Source: an uncultured Acidobacteriaceae bacterium
GTDB taxonomy: Bacteria; Acidobacteriota; Terriglobia; Terriglobales; Acidobacteriaceae
Assembly (NCBI GenBank): GCA_964641665.1
Contig: CAZXKO010000038.1
Coordinates: 118,271-182,270 of the forward strand
Length of the DNA stretch: 64,000 bases
Reading direction: 5' to 3'
Shown here: one piece after another, positions 20,136-30,055 of the stretch
Numbering within the stretch: the stretch's first letter is position 1
Layout: the number at the start of each line of letters is the position of its first letter
The notes under the pieces: model-generated
Database searches by the model: none
Seen by the model: the letters and a program-made list of their open reading frames with translations, nothing else
Told to the model about the DNA's origin: nothing
Position numbers and translations under genes: made by a program

Positions 20136-21200
20136 TTGTCGATGCTCAGAGGCATCAAACGTACGACTTTGCGCTCGCTGAAGGCTGCCGGCATCTTCGA
20201 GCGGGTCGCCGACAGCCGGTGGAGGCGGGAACGGCTGCTGATCCTTTGCTATCACGGCACCTCGATCGAAGACGAGCATTTGTGGAGGCCGGGGTTATAT
20301 ATCGAGCCCACGGTGCTGGAACAGCGCCTGAAGATTCTAAAGACGGGCGGTTACACGGTGTTGCCGCTGGGGGAAGGGCTGCAGCGACTGCAGGCTGGAA
20401 GCCTGCCGGCACGAAGCGTGGCGCTTACCTTCGATGATGGTCCCTATGATTTTTACAGGCAGGCATACCCGCTTTTGAAGCGCTACGGGTATCCGGTGAC
20501 GGTGTACCAGACGACCTACTACACCGATTACGAGCGGCCGATATTCAATCTGATTTGCTCTTACCTGTTGTGGAAGCGACGGGGAGAAATCATTGCAGAT
20601 GGGCGGGAACTGGGCTTGACGCAGCCGATGGATCTGCGCACGGAGAGTGGGCGTCACCAGGTGGTCGTCAGCTTGCTGGAGCTTTCTGTGCGGCAACAGA
20701 TGACGGGTGCGGAAAAGGATGCGCTAGCGGCGCGGCTGGCAAAATTTCTGGGAATCGATTACGACGCGCTGGTGGCAAAGAGGATCATGCAGCTGATGAA
20801 CGGCCGTGAGGTGAAGGAAATAGCCAGCAAGGGCGTGGACATCCAGCTGCATACGCATCGTCATCGGACGCCCGAGGACGAAAACCTGTTTCGCCGGGAG
20901 ATCCGCGACAACCGGGAGCGGATTCAGGCATTGATTTCGTCGACGCCGGTGCATTTCTGTTATCCGAGCGGGGTGTACCGGCCGGAGTTCTTGCAGTGGC
21001 TGGCCGCGGAGCAAGTGGTGTCGGCGACGACTTGTGATTCCGGGCTAGCGAGCCGACAGAGTGAGAGGCTCCTTATGCCGCGGTTCATCGATAACCAGTA
21101 CCGCACGTCGGTGGATTTCGAGAGCTGGATTTCGGGGGTGGGGTCCTTGCTGGCCGTGCGGCCTGCGGCTACGCAGAGGTATGTGCCGATGGAAGTGTGA
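20136..21200 (+). CDS. polysaccharide deacetylase family protein
   Basis: LILCYHG.., LTFDDGPYDFY and HTHRH motifs (NodB-like). Confidence 0.8.
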   Translation: MSMLRGIKRTTLRSLKAAGIFERVADSRWRRERLLILCYHGTSIEDEHLWRPGLYIEPTVLEQRLKILKTGGYTVLPLGEGLQRLQAGSLPARSVALTFDDGPYDFYRQAYPLLKRYGYPVTVYQTTYYTDYERPIFNLICSYLLWKRRGEIIADGRELGLTQPMDLRTESGRHQVVVSLLELSVRQQMTGAEKDALAARLAKFLGIDYDALVAKRIMQLMNGREVKEIASKGVDIQLHTHRHRTPEDENLFRREIRDNRERIQALISSTPVHFCYPSGVYRPEFLQWLAAEQVVSATTCDSGLASRQSERLLMPRFIDNQYRTSVDFESWISGVGSLLAVRPAATQRYVPMEV

Positions 21201-21333
21201 GGGGCTTGCCGAAGGTAGGGTCGGCCGCTGGCGGTTGGGAGACAAGTCGGCCGAGGGCAAGGATGCCTTCAGGACAGCCGGCAAGACCTTTCGACGTAGC
21301 TCGGGGCAGGTTGCCGGCGCTACAAAAACATGG

Positions 21334-22131
21334 CTACCGTACGGGATGCATGTGGGGGGCGAGCTGGGTTAGCAATTCCTGATGCAGATTCGGGGCGCTG
21401 GCAATCAGGCCGGACAGAAGGGGATTCTGGTTGTTCGCGGCGAAGGGAGTTTTCTCCAGGGTGGCGACGCAGCCACCGGAGCTCAGGACCAGCGCGGCGC
21501 CCGCGGCCACGTCCCACTCGTTCTTGGGAGTCAGCGTGAAAGTTGCGTCGGCGAGGCCAGCAGAAACGAGCGCCAGCTTGTAAGCTACCGAACCCATCGC
21601 CTTGATGTGCATGGGCCCGTTTTCAAACTGCTTCCATTCTCCACGCTTCACTTCGCTGCGGCTGGCGAGGACAACGGCGCCATCCAAGCTGGAGCGCGAG
21701 CTGGCGCGGGCAGGCTCGCCATTGTAGAGCACGCCCACGTCGATGGCCCCGGTGAAAGTTTCACCGCTGGCCGGGTTGCAGATACCGCCTGCAACGGGGC
21801 GGCCGTCTTGCACGAATCCAATGGAAACGCAAAACTCCGGGATCCCTTTTACGAACTCGCGGGTGCCATCCAGCGGGTCGACCACCCACACGTGAGATTT
21901 GGAGAGACGGGAGAGATCATCGACACTCTCCTCGGAGAGCCAGCCTTCGCCGCTGCGCAGCAGGCTCTGGCGGAGGACGGCGTCGATGGCACGGTCGGCT
22001 TCGGTGACGGGGTCGTGGCCAGCCTTGAACTCGGCATCAATCGCGCCGGGGGTAAAGCGACTGAACACGGTACGGGCATCGCCAAGTGCGGCTGCGATTC
22101 GGTCCAAGATGTCAGAGTATGAAGAAGTCAT
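21334..22131 (-). CDS. cysQ: inositol monophosphatase-family protein, CysQ-like 3'(2'),5'-bisphosphate nucleotidase
   Basis: WVVDPLDGTREF and EWDVAAG motifs. Sits beside the sat-cysC fusion. Confidence 0.75.
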   Translation of the reverse strand: MTSSYSDILDRIAAALGDARTVFSRFTPGAIDAEFKAGHDPVTEADRAIDAVLRQSLLRSGEGWLSEESVDDLSRLSKSHVWVVDPLDGTREFVKGIPEFCVSIGFVQDGRPVAGGICNPASGETFTGAIDVGVLYNGEPARASSRSSLDGAVVLASRSEVKRGEWKQFENGPMHIKAMGSVAYKLALVSAGLADATFTLTPKNEWDVAAGAALVLSSGGCVATLEKTPFAANNQNPLLSGLIASAPNLHQELLTQLAPHMHPVR

Positions 22132-22156
22132 TGGTCCTGGATGCTGCCGGGAGAAC

Positions 22157-22927
22157 TTATGCCCAAAGCATTCTTGCCCCTGTGATCAAGAGGACGAAAC
22201 ACAAAATCCGTCGCAGCCAGAGCACGGGCACGCGCGTGCTCAAATGAGAACCAAGCAGTCCGCCGGGGATGGAGCCGATCAGCAAGGCCGCGACCAGTCT
22301 GGGATCCACATTGCCCAGGCGGAAATGAAGGAATCCGGTGACGCCGGTGAGCAGGACGGCGTGGACAATGTCGGTTCCAACATTGACCTTGGGGGGATAA
22401 CTGTAAAAGAGCAGCAGCATCATCATGATGATGCTGCCCGAGCCCACCGAGGTCATGCCGACCAGGAAGCCGGAGCACAGGCCGATGATGGTCATGCCGG
22501 CGAAGGAACTGAGGGTGGGCGGGCGGTTGGCCATGCGCTCTTCGATGCGGGTCTGAAACATCAGCAGCAGCGGAATGCAGACCAGAAGGATACCGATGGC
22601 CAGCTTGATGAGGTGGTTGACACCGTCTCCGTACACGTGGCGGAGATGGGTGAGGTAGGCGACACCGGCGGCGGACCCAGGAACGCTGCCGAAGGCGAGA
22701 GCGAGCACCACCTTGCGGCGCACCGTGCCGCGGTTGAGATGCACGATGCTGGCGGGGATTTTGGTGAAGAAATTGAAGAGCGCATCCGAGCCGACGGCCA
22801 TGATCGCGGGGACTCGGAGGCCGAAGATGAGGATGGGCAGCAGCAGAACGCCGCCGCCCAGGCCGGTCAGGCCGATGAGAGTGCCTACCATAAAGCCAAC
22901 CAGGATTTTGACAGCAATCAAGACCAT
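22157..22927 (-). CDS. TauE/SafE (TSUP) family anion permease
   Basis: 256-aa polytopic membrane protein with GLTGLGGGVLLLP and a repeated half-architecture. Confidence 0.85.
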   Translation of the reverse strand: MVLIAVKILVGFMVGTLIGLTGLGGGVLLLPILIFGLRVPAIMAVGSDALFNFFTKIPASIVHLNRGTVRRKVVLALAFGSVPGSAAGVAYLTHLRHVYGDGVNHLIKLAIGILLVCIPLLLMFQTRIEERMANRPPTLSSFAGMTIIGLCSGFLVGMTSVGSGSIIMMMLLLFYSYPPKVNVGTDIVHAVLLTGVTGFLHFRLGNVDPRLVAALLIGSIPGGLLGSHLSTRVPVLWLRRILCFVLLITGARMLWA

Positions 22928-22986
22928 GGCAAAAGGCGCCGAACTTCGCGCTTACAGAGTGAAGTCTCCCCTGAGATTGATTTCGG

Positions 22987-24804
22987 TTACCCGATGAAGC
23001 CCTGCTGCTCCAGGTGCAAAATGATCTCCTGGGCGGACTCTTCCGGCGACAGTTCGGCTGTGTTGATGACGACTTCCGCGTTCTGCGGGGGCTCGTACGG
23101 ATCGGAGATGCCGGTGAACTCCTTGATGATGCCGGCACGCGCCTTGGCATAGAGGCCCTTGCGGTCGCGCTCTTCGCAGGTCTCGATGGGAGTTGCCACG
23201 TGGACCAGGACGAAACCGCCGAAGGGTTCGACCATCTCGCGAACCTGTTTGCGGACCGCGTCATAGGGAGCGATGGGGGCGCAGATAGCAATGCCACCGT
23301 TCTTCGTGATTTCGGAAGCAACGTAGCCGATGCGGCGAATGTTGATATCGCGATGTTCCTTGGAGAAACCAAGTTCGGACGAGAGATGCTTGCGAACTAG
23401 GTCGCCGTCGAGGATGGTTACCGGACGGCCACCTGTCTCAAGAAACTTGGTGAGCAGGACGTTTGCAATTGTGGACTTGCCGGAGCCGGAGAGGCCGGTG
23501 AAGAAGATGGTCAGGCCCTGCTTGTGACGGGGCGGGTAGCTGCGGCGCAACTCCAGGACGACTTCGGGGTAGGTAAACCAAGCAGGGATGTCGCGGCCGC
23601 CGTTGAGGCGCTCGCGCAGTTCGGTTCCGGAGATATTCAGGACGCAGGAACCGTTCGGGACCTCGTTGTCGGGAACATATTTGTCCTGGTCCTCGAGGTA
23701 GACCATCATGTTGAAGGGGACCATCGTGACGCCGATGTCGGCCTCGTGCTTTTTGAACAGCTCTTGCGCTTCGTAGGGGCCGTAGAAGTTCTTGCCGTCG
23801 GTGTCCTTGCCGGGACCGGCGTGATCACGGCCAACAATGAAGTGGGTGCAGCCATGATTCTTGCGGATGAGGCCATGCCAGATAGCTTCGCGGGGGCCGC
23901 CCATGCGCATGGCGAGGGGGAGCATGGCGAGCTTCACGGTGCCGTGCGGATACTTGGAGAGCAGGAGTTCATAGCAGCGGACGCGGGTGAAGTAGTCGAC
24001 ATCGCCGGGCTTGGTCATACCGACCGAGGGGTGAATGAGGAGATTGGCTTCGACTTGTTTGGCGGCGCGGAAGGTGAGTTCCTGATGGGCGCGGTGCATG
24101 GGATTGCGGGTCTGGAATGCGACCACCCGGCGCCAACCGAGGCGTGAGAATTCGGCGCGCAACTCGGCGGGGGTGAGACGGAGAGCGCGGAAGTCGTAGT
24201 GGGAGGGCAGTTGCAGTCCTTCCAGGGTTCCACCGACGTACCAGGGGTTGGCCCTATTGATGGCGTAATCGGCCCCCGGATGAGCTTTGCTGGTAGTGCC
24301 GAAAACGCTTTTGGCTTCGGCGGCACGATCGGGCTGCCAGACGTCTTCCACGTTAAGCACGGCGAGCATGACACCCTCGGGATCGCGCAGAGCGACTTTG
24401 CTGATGTCGGGCTTGAGAGACTTGGCAAAATTTTCGGAGACGTCGAGGGTAATCGGCATGGGCCAGAGCACACCACTGGCCAGCCGCATGTTGTGACAGA
24501 CACCTTCGTAGTCGGCACGCGTCATGAAGCCGCGCAAGGGAGAGAATCCACCATTCAGTAAGAGCTCGACATCGCAGATCTGGCGCGGGAGGAGATCCCA
24601 GGAGGGCCACTCTTTCGAATGAGCCTTGAGGTCGGCAGCGCGATCAGATGGGGCGATGAGTTGAGTGAGTTCTCCGCCGTGCGGCGGAATCAAATGGCTC
24701 GTCGAAGTCAATTTCTTAGGCCTCCTGGGCTCAAAGTCATTCCTGCTGGGATGAAACGCCGGGATCGAAATCCGGGCGGATGCCTGCGGCAATTTGCTCT
24801 GCAA
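22987..24804 (-). CDS. sat-cysC: bifunctional sulfate adenylyltransferase / adenylyl-sulfate kinase
   Basis: ATP-sulfurylase motifs LIPPHGGEL, QTRNPMHRAHQEL and GCTHFIVGRDHAG. C-terminal APS kinase P-loop GLSGSGKST. The true start may be the TTG near 24711. Confidence 0.9.
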   Translation of the reverse strand: MQSKLPQASARISIPAFHPSRNDFEPRRPKKLTSTSHLIPPHGGELTQLIAPSDRAADLKAHSKEWPSWDLLPRQICDVELLLNGGFSPLRGFMTRADYEGVCHNMRLASGVLWPMPITLDVSENFAKSLKPDISKVALRDPEGVMLAVLNVEDVWQPDRAAEAKSVFGTTSKAHPGADYAINRANPWYVGGTLEGLQLPSHYDFRALRLTPAELRAEFSRLGWRRVVAFQTRNPMHRAHQELTFRAAKQVEANLLIHPSVGMTKPGDVDYFTRVRCYELLLSKYPHGTVKLAMLPLAMRMGGPREAIWHGLIRKNHGCTHFIVGRDHAGPGKDTDGKNFYGPYEAQELFKKHEADIGVTMVPFNMMVYLEDQDKYVPDNEVPNGSCVLNISGTELRERLNGGRDIPAWFTYPEVVLELRRSYPPRHKQGLTIFFTGLSGSGKSTIANVLLTKFLETGGRPVTILDGDLVRKHLSSELGFSKEHRDINIRRIGYVASEITKNGGIAICAPIAPYDAVRKQVREMVEPFGGFVLVHVATPIETCEERDRKGLYAKARAGIIKEFTGISDPYEPPQNAEVVINTAELSPEESAQEIILHLEQQGFIG

Positions 24805-25127
24805 TCCGAATGAACGGGAGCGAAACAGAACAACTTAGATTTAGATCCCAGCTGGGGTGGAAGGTGAGGGCAAAAGTCGTACACCCGGTCCCCGCTGAGG
24901 CTCCCCGCTAAACGATTGATATCTATATGCTTAATATTCTCTGACGTTTGGGCATTCTAGACAAGCGCAAAGCCAAGAATTTTCGCTTGTATTCGATGGT
25001 TCCTGCCCATTTTTCCTTACTTTCCGCTACATATTGATTTTGCTGCAGGGCCCACGGACTCGAAAGGTTACGATGTTTCTTGAGCGGCCCACAGAACGCG
25101 GAATCATGATCAAGAACATGGCGAGGG

Positions 25128-26981
25128 GTGCGTTCGGAAGCCAGTCCTCGGTTGGCCATGGTATATTTCCGGCTTCTCGCCAGAATGCCTGGAAGGGGAC
25201 CGGGCGTCGATCCAATGTCATCGAGAACGAGCGGTACTCCGACGATCTTTTCTGAGATTGGCGGCCCTTTCTACAGAAATTCCGCAAGCGTAATGACGGG
25301 AGCTGGGGCGGCGTTTCTGCTTGCCCTGGGCATTGCTTTGCGCCTAGCCACTTATTTTGCGGACCGGTCACTGTGGGGCGATGAAGTGGCCATCGCGCTC
25401 AATCTGCGCTTTCGAGACTTTACGGGGTTATTGGTGCCTCTGGATTATGAGCAGACCATGCCAATTCCCCTTTTGCTCAACATCAAATCGGTGGCTACGT
25501 TATTTGGATTTTCCGAATACACTCTGCGACTGACTCTGCTGGTGGCCGGGTGCAGTCTGCTGGTCGTAACCTGGCTGGCATTCTCGAGGGAACTGGGTGC
25601 AACGATTGCGCTGATCGGTGTTGGGCTGACGGCCGTTTACAAGCCACTGATCTACTACTCCTCCGAACTGAAGCAATATGGAGTGGATGCTCTGGTTAGC
25701 GCTGTAACCATCTGGCTGGTGCTGAGAGTGCTCAAGGAGCACCAGGATTCTGAGTGGCCGCGGCTGATCATCTGGGGCGTGTTGGGAATATTCCTGTCGC
25801 AACCGGCCATTTTTGTTTTAGCGGCCGTCGGGATAGCGGCTGTCATTGACCGGCGGTTTCGGACCTCGAAGCAGTGGCAAATCTACAACGGGTCGGCGGC
25901 CGTGATTTGGTTGGCTTGTTTCGGGACGCTGTTCTGGTTTTCCTACCGTGTAACTTCTCGCAGCACGTACATGCGGGCATTTTGGGCCGATTCGTTCCTG
26001 CATCCGACAGCGCCGCATTTTCGGCAAGAATTCGCAAAGGCTATTTACGTTCTTTTGGGGGTCGGAAACTTCAGTTCGGTCAGGTTGCTGATCCTGATCG
26101 CACTGTTCGGCATCGGCGCATATGGAGTTCTAAGAAGTCGTGGCGTGCCCGGGTTGGTCTTGGCCGTGGGCCCATTTGTGGCCGTCTTGGCTGCCGCTGC
26201 AGTGCAGGCATATCCAATTGCGGAAAGGCTTTCGCTGTTCTTGAGCCCGTTTCTTTTTTGGATATATGCCTCCGGTGCAGCGATTGTGGCCGGCTGGCTT
26301 CCTCAAAAAGCAAGAACGGCAGGAGTAATCGGGCTGAGTTTGGCATTGTTTGCGCCAACCGGCATAGCGAGCGTTCAATACGCCTGGCGATTCCCCATGC
26401 GGGAAGCGACCCGTCAACTGGTAGCGCGCATGAAGTCAACCGATCGGGACGCTCCGACGTACTTGGTTTTTGGCAAGTACCAGCAATGGGCCTACTACAC
26501 GGGCGACTGGAGCTACCCGGAGACCCTGAAAAGGAGAATCGATTCGGTCGACACTAGTCGCTGTGTGCAACTCATCGAACTCGGAGCCGTTATCAAACCC
26601 GATGAGTGCGCGAAAAAAATAGAAGGGGGCACCGTGAATATGCCCGGCGAGATCGTTGGAACTCCACCGCCCGGATCTTCGGAGGGGGTGCAGACGGAAC
26701 TGCTATGGGCAGGGAGTGAGGCGCAGAGAATCATTGCCGAAACGACGGCTGAGCACAAGGATCGCTTCTGGCTGTTTCTACCTATTTACAACGAGAACGC
26801 GAAGCAGCGCGGACTTTTGGAGAAGCTGACGAACGCCTTGGAAGGAGATGGCGCGGGCCGCCTCGATACGTTCTCCCTCGGGGACAGCGTTGCATTGAGA
26901 TACCGGATCCAGGGGAACGGTCCGCGAGCAATGTCAGGAAGAGTTGTGGATCCTGCCGATCCGTCTTCTGTCCGCAACTAG
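25128..26981 (+). CDS. GT-C-fold membrane glycosyltransferase (ArnT/PMT-like)
   Basis: About 10 TM helices, an early-loop motif RSLWGDE, and a ~200-aa soluble C-terminal domain. The start is ambiguous (ATGs at 25128, 25158, 25185, 25215, 25293). Confidence 0.6.
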   Translation: MRSEASPRLAMVYFRLLARMPGRGPGVDPMSSRTSGTPTIFSEIGGPFYRNSASVMTGAGAAFLLALGIALRLATYFADRSLWGDEVAIALNLRFRDFTGLLVPLDYEQTMPIPLLLNIKSVATLFGFSEYTLRLTLLVAGCSLLVVTWLAFSRELGATIALIGVGLTAVYKPLIYYSSELKQYGVDALVSAVTIWLVLRVLKEHQDSEWPRLIIWGVLGIFLSQPAIFVLAAVGIAAVIDRRFRTSKQWQIYNGSAAVIWLACFGTLFWFSYRVTSRSTYMRAFWADSFLHPTAPHFRQEFAKAIYVLLGVGNFSSVRLLILIALFGIGAYGVLRSRGVPGLVLAVGPFVAVLAAAAVQAYPIAERLSLFLSPFLFWIYASGAAIVAGWLPQKARTAGVIGLSLALFAPTGIASVQYAWRFPMREATRQLVARMKSTDRDAPTYLVFGKYQQWAYYTGDWSYPETLKRRIDSVDTSRCVQLIELGAVIKPDECAKKIEGGTVNMPGEIVGTPPPGSSEGVQTELLWAGSEAQRIIAETTAEHKDRFWLFLPIYNENAKQRGLLEKLTNALEGDGAGRLDTFSLGDSVALRYRIQGNGPRAMSGRVVDPADPSSVRN

Positions 26982-27056
26982 CTTCGCGGCGCAGTAGACC
27001 TGTTCGTTTTCTAGCGCGAAAGTGCGGCGGGCTTCCGGGTCCGTCCGGAGCGGGAG

Positions 27057-28607
27057 CTACTGCTGCTCCTCCTGATAGGTGTCGATCAAGGCGATGGCGA
27101 CCTCGTCCAATTGCCGGCTGGAAAGTTCTCCCACCCGCCAGACGCGCTTGGTTCGGAGGGCCCAGAGTACGCCCAATCCGTAGGGCACCATGCTGATCAG
27201 AATCTGTATCCCAACCTGTACAACCGTACGAGCCAAGAACCAGTGGCGCATCAAGAACAAGGTCAGGACCAGTGGGGCACACAGGAGAAGGGGCAGAACG
27301 TAGGCCTCGCGGAGAAACGTGCCAACGCGAACGCCGAGGAGCCTGCACAGATGGCGAGGCATGAAGAACAGCGTCGTGCAGAGCAAAGGCAGCGCTGTGC
27401 CTGCAGCGTCGCCGAGGAGACCGAAAGGGCGGATCAGGACGACGCTGAGAATAAGGTTGGCCCCGCTCTCCATCAATGTGATCCAGGCATAGGACTGGTG
27501 TTTGGCCATACCGTACAGGATGCGGACCGAGGCGCCCTGAGCAAGAGCGAGCGTGCTGGGGATCAGCAGGACGAGAAGCACGGGGTAACTGATCGCGACG
27601 TAGCGAGCGCCCACCCAGGCGGTAATGACGGATCTCCCCAGAATGAGAAGAATCGCGGTGATGGGGAAGATGATGAGGGCGCAAGCGCGGTTACCGGCAA
27701 CCAAGATCTTTCTCAGCCGATCGATATCGCCTTGGGCGTCGGACTGGCCCGACATGGGAACAAAGATCTGGGCGAGGCTGCTCACGACTTCCGAGGCATA
27801 GTCGACGAGGCGGTCCGCGATGGAGAAGAAGGTAATCGCCGCGACCGGCATAAAGGCGCCAATAACAATCTCGTCGGTCTTGAAGCGCAGCTTGTAGGCG
27901 ATCATGAGGATAAAGCTGACGGCGCTGTAATTCGCGATCTCGCGGAAGGAACTGCGGTCGACGTATTTCCAACTGAGTGAAACGGGCAGGATGCGGAACA
28001 CGATGGCGGCACGGACAAGCGAACCAAGGATCGGCAAGCCGACTGTGATAAGAGCAACGGTGAGCAGGCCGCGGCCGTGATTCAGGGCGATGACGATGAG
28101 CACGGCACGAAGCAGGGTGGACGCGAGATTGGTGGCATTGACCCAATAAAAGCGCTGCAGGCCCTCGAGAATCCCGCCGAAGACGCCCGTGGGAAAGCCG
28201 AGAGCGACCGAGGCGCCGACCATAAGGAAGAGCCAACGGGCGGTGGCGAGGAACTCCAAGGGAATGTGGAACAAAGATTCGATGAACGAAGTGGCGAGCA
28301 GGGTGACGACCATCGTAAAGGCGCCGATCACGGCGTAGCTGAGGAGGCTGGTGTTGATGAGCTTCGCCAGGGCTTCGGTGTTGTTGGTGGCGCAGTAGGT
28401 GGAGACGTAGCGGATGACGGAGGAACGGATTCCTAGATCAAAGAGGCCGTAGTATCCGGTGACCGAGAAAATGAGGACCCAAATGCCGAAGGCGGTGTCG
28501 CCGAGGCGATGCAGGATGAAGGGGGAGAGGAAGATGCCAACCAGGATGTTGACTCCCAGGCTGAACCAACTGGAGCCGACATTCTTGACGATCTCAGTAT
28601 GGCGCAT
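27057..28607 (-). CDS. oligosaccharide/polysaccharide flippase (Wzx / MOP superfamily)
   Basis: 516 aa, 12 or more TM segments. N-terminus KNVGSSWFSLGVNILVGIFLSPFILHRLG is typical of polysaccharide biosynthesis flippases. Confidence 0.85.
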   Translation of the reverse strand: MRHTEIVKNVGSSWFSLGVNILVGIFLSPFILHRLGDTAFGIWVLIFSVTGYYGLFDLGIRSSVIRYVSTYCATNNTEALAKLINTSLLSYAVIGAFTMVVTLLATSFIESLFHIPLEFLATARWLFLMVGASVALGFPTGVFGGILEGLQRFYWVNATNLASTLLRAVLIVIALNHGRGLLTVALITVGLPILGSLVRAAIVFRILPVSLSWKYVDRSSFREIANYSAVSFILMIAYKLRFKTDEIVIGAFMPVAAITFFSIADRLVDYASEVVSSLAQIFVPMSGQSDAQGDIDRLRKILVAGNRACALIIFPITAILLILGRSVITAWVGARYVAISYPVLLVLLIPSTLALAQGASVRILYGMAKHQSYAWITLMESGANLILSVVLIRPFGLLGDAAGTALPLLCTTLFFMPRHLCRLLGVRVGTFLREAYVLPLLLCAPLVLTLFLMRHWFLARTVVQVGIQILISMVPYGLGVLWALRTKRVWRVGELSSRQLDEVAIALIDTYQEEQQ

Positions 28608-28658
28608 CGCTAGCGAAGCCTCGCAGCGGAAGTCGCGGTTGGCGGTGCGGTGCGGAAA

Positions 28659-29738
28659 TCAAACAGTCCTCGGCCCGGCGGGGGTATTCAGGTTGAGGGT
28701 CTCGGTGCTGAGTCCGAGGTCGTTCAGTAAGCGCGCTCCCTGTTCGCGTTTCCGGCGGGCCACGCGCTGGAGGTGGGAGCGATAATAACGTTGCAGCAAG
28801 CCCGGGAAAAGGCGAAGTGCGAGTTGGACGGCGAGTAGTCTCCAGTCATGGACGGCGGAGGTAGCCTTGCGAGCGGCGCGTCCGGCCTCGTCAAATTGCC
28901 CAGCTAGTAGCGACTGCCGCACGACGTCGAGTTGGATTTCCGCCTCAGTCTGCGAGATCTTGCCGCGGGCCATGAGGGCCTGCCTTTCCGTGAGCGGCTG
29001 CGTCGACGAGATCTTCCTGTAGACCTCAATGCGGGCCTGTCTCATGAGATCGCGGTTCCCGGCGAGTCCATTACCGAGCCGGTGGTACATCTGAATCTCG
29101 CGGGTGAAAGTCATTTTTACCCCATTGCGTGCCATTCGCAGCCACAGATCGTAGTCTTCACAGCGAATGAAGCGCTCATCGAACAGCCCGGCTTCGACGA
29201 GTGCCTGCCGTGAGGCCATGGTGGAGGAGGTGCTCACTGCGCATTCCTCGAGCAGGAGGTTTTCGAAGTCTACGGGCAGGGACTGGGGAGTGACCTCGAA
29301 GTCAATCGAGACCGGGTGGCTGCCCTCGAGCAGCACAGCGTTCGAATAGATGAGTCCGATAGAGGGATCCTTCTGGAGAGCCTCCACGTGTTTTGCCAAA
29401 TGATGAGGGAACCAAAGATCATCACTATCGAGGAATGCGATGTACTTTCCGCGCGCCTCCCGGATGCCCACGTTCCGGGCACTGCTGGGGCCGCGATTGT
29501 CCTGACGGAGGTAGCGAATCTTCGCAAGATACGGCTGCAAGGCTTGTTCGAGTGCCGGTGTGTCGGGCGAACCGTCATTGATAACGATGATTTCGTAGTT
29601 AGCGAGAGTCTGGGCCAGCACAGAATTCAAGGTCAACGCAATATAGGGGGCCGCGTTGTAGGCAGGGATGACGACGCTGACGAGCGGGCCAGGCGCCGAT
29701 GGGGGCTGCTGAGGAATGTCGGTCTGAGTCGAATTCAT
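28659..29738 (-). CDS. glycosyltransferase family 2
   Basis: VSVVIPAYNAAPYI, INDGSPD and DSDD motifs. Confidence 0.9.
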   Translation of the reverse strand: MNSTQTDIPQQPPSAPGPLVSVVIPAYNAAPYIALTLNSVLAQTLANYEIIVINDGSPDTPALEQALQPYLAKIRYLRQDNRGPSSARNVGIREARGKYIAFLDSDDLWFPHHLAKHVEALQKDPSIGLIYSNAVLLEGSHPVSIDFEVTPQSLPVDFENLLLEECAVSTSSTMASRQALVEAGLFDERFIRCEDYDLWLRMARNGVKMTFTREIQMYHRLGNGLAGNRDLMRQARIEVYRKISSTQPLTERQALMARGKISQTEAEIQLDVVRQSLLAGQFDEAGRAARKATSAVHDWRLLAVQLALRLFPGLLQRYYRSHLQRVARRKREQGARLLNDLGLSTETLNLNTPAGPRTV

Positions 29739-30055
29739 GCTCGGCTGCGGGTCAGGCCAGAACGCGCGATTTCAGTCGTCTGGGGACCGAACTCCAGAGT
29801 TTCGGCACTCTCCCAAATAATACGTTTCTCCAGTGCAGATTGCACGGTGGTTTCAGGCTCATGACAGAGGCGAGTTAGGTACCTCGTTCCACGTGGAAAT
29901 CGCCGCGCAAGGTCGTCAGGCGGCACAGAGATTACAGAGTGGCAAGGGCACCCATTCGGGGCGGGACGCGGCTCTGCCCTCTCGTGCCACCGGCGAAGGC
30001 TGCACGCGATTGATTTTTCTCATGAGGACGACGGCACTGGCGTCTGACACACGAC

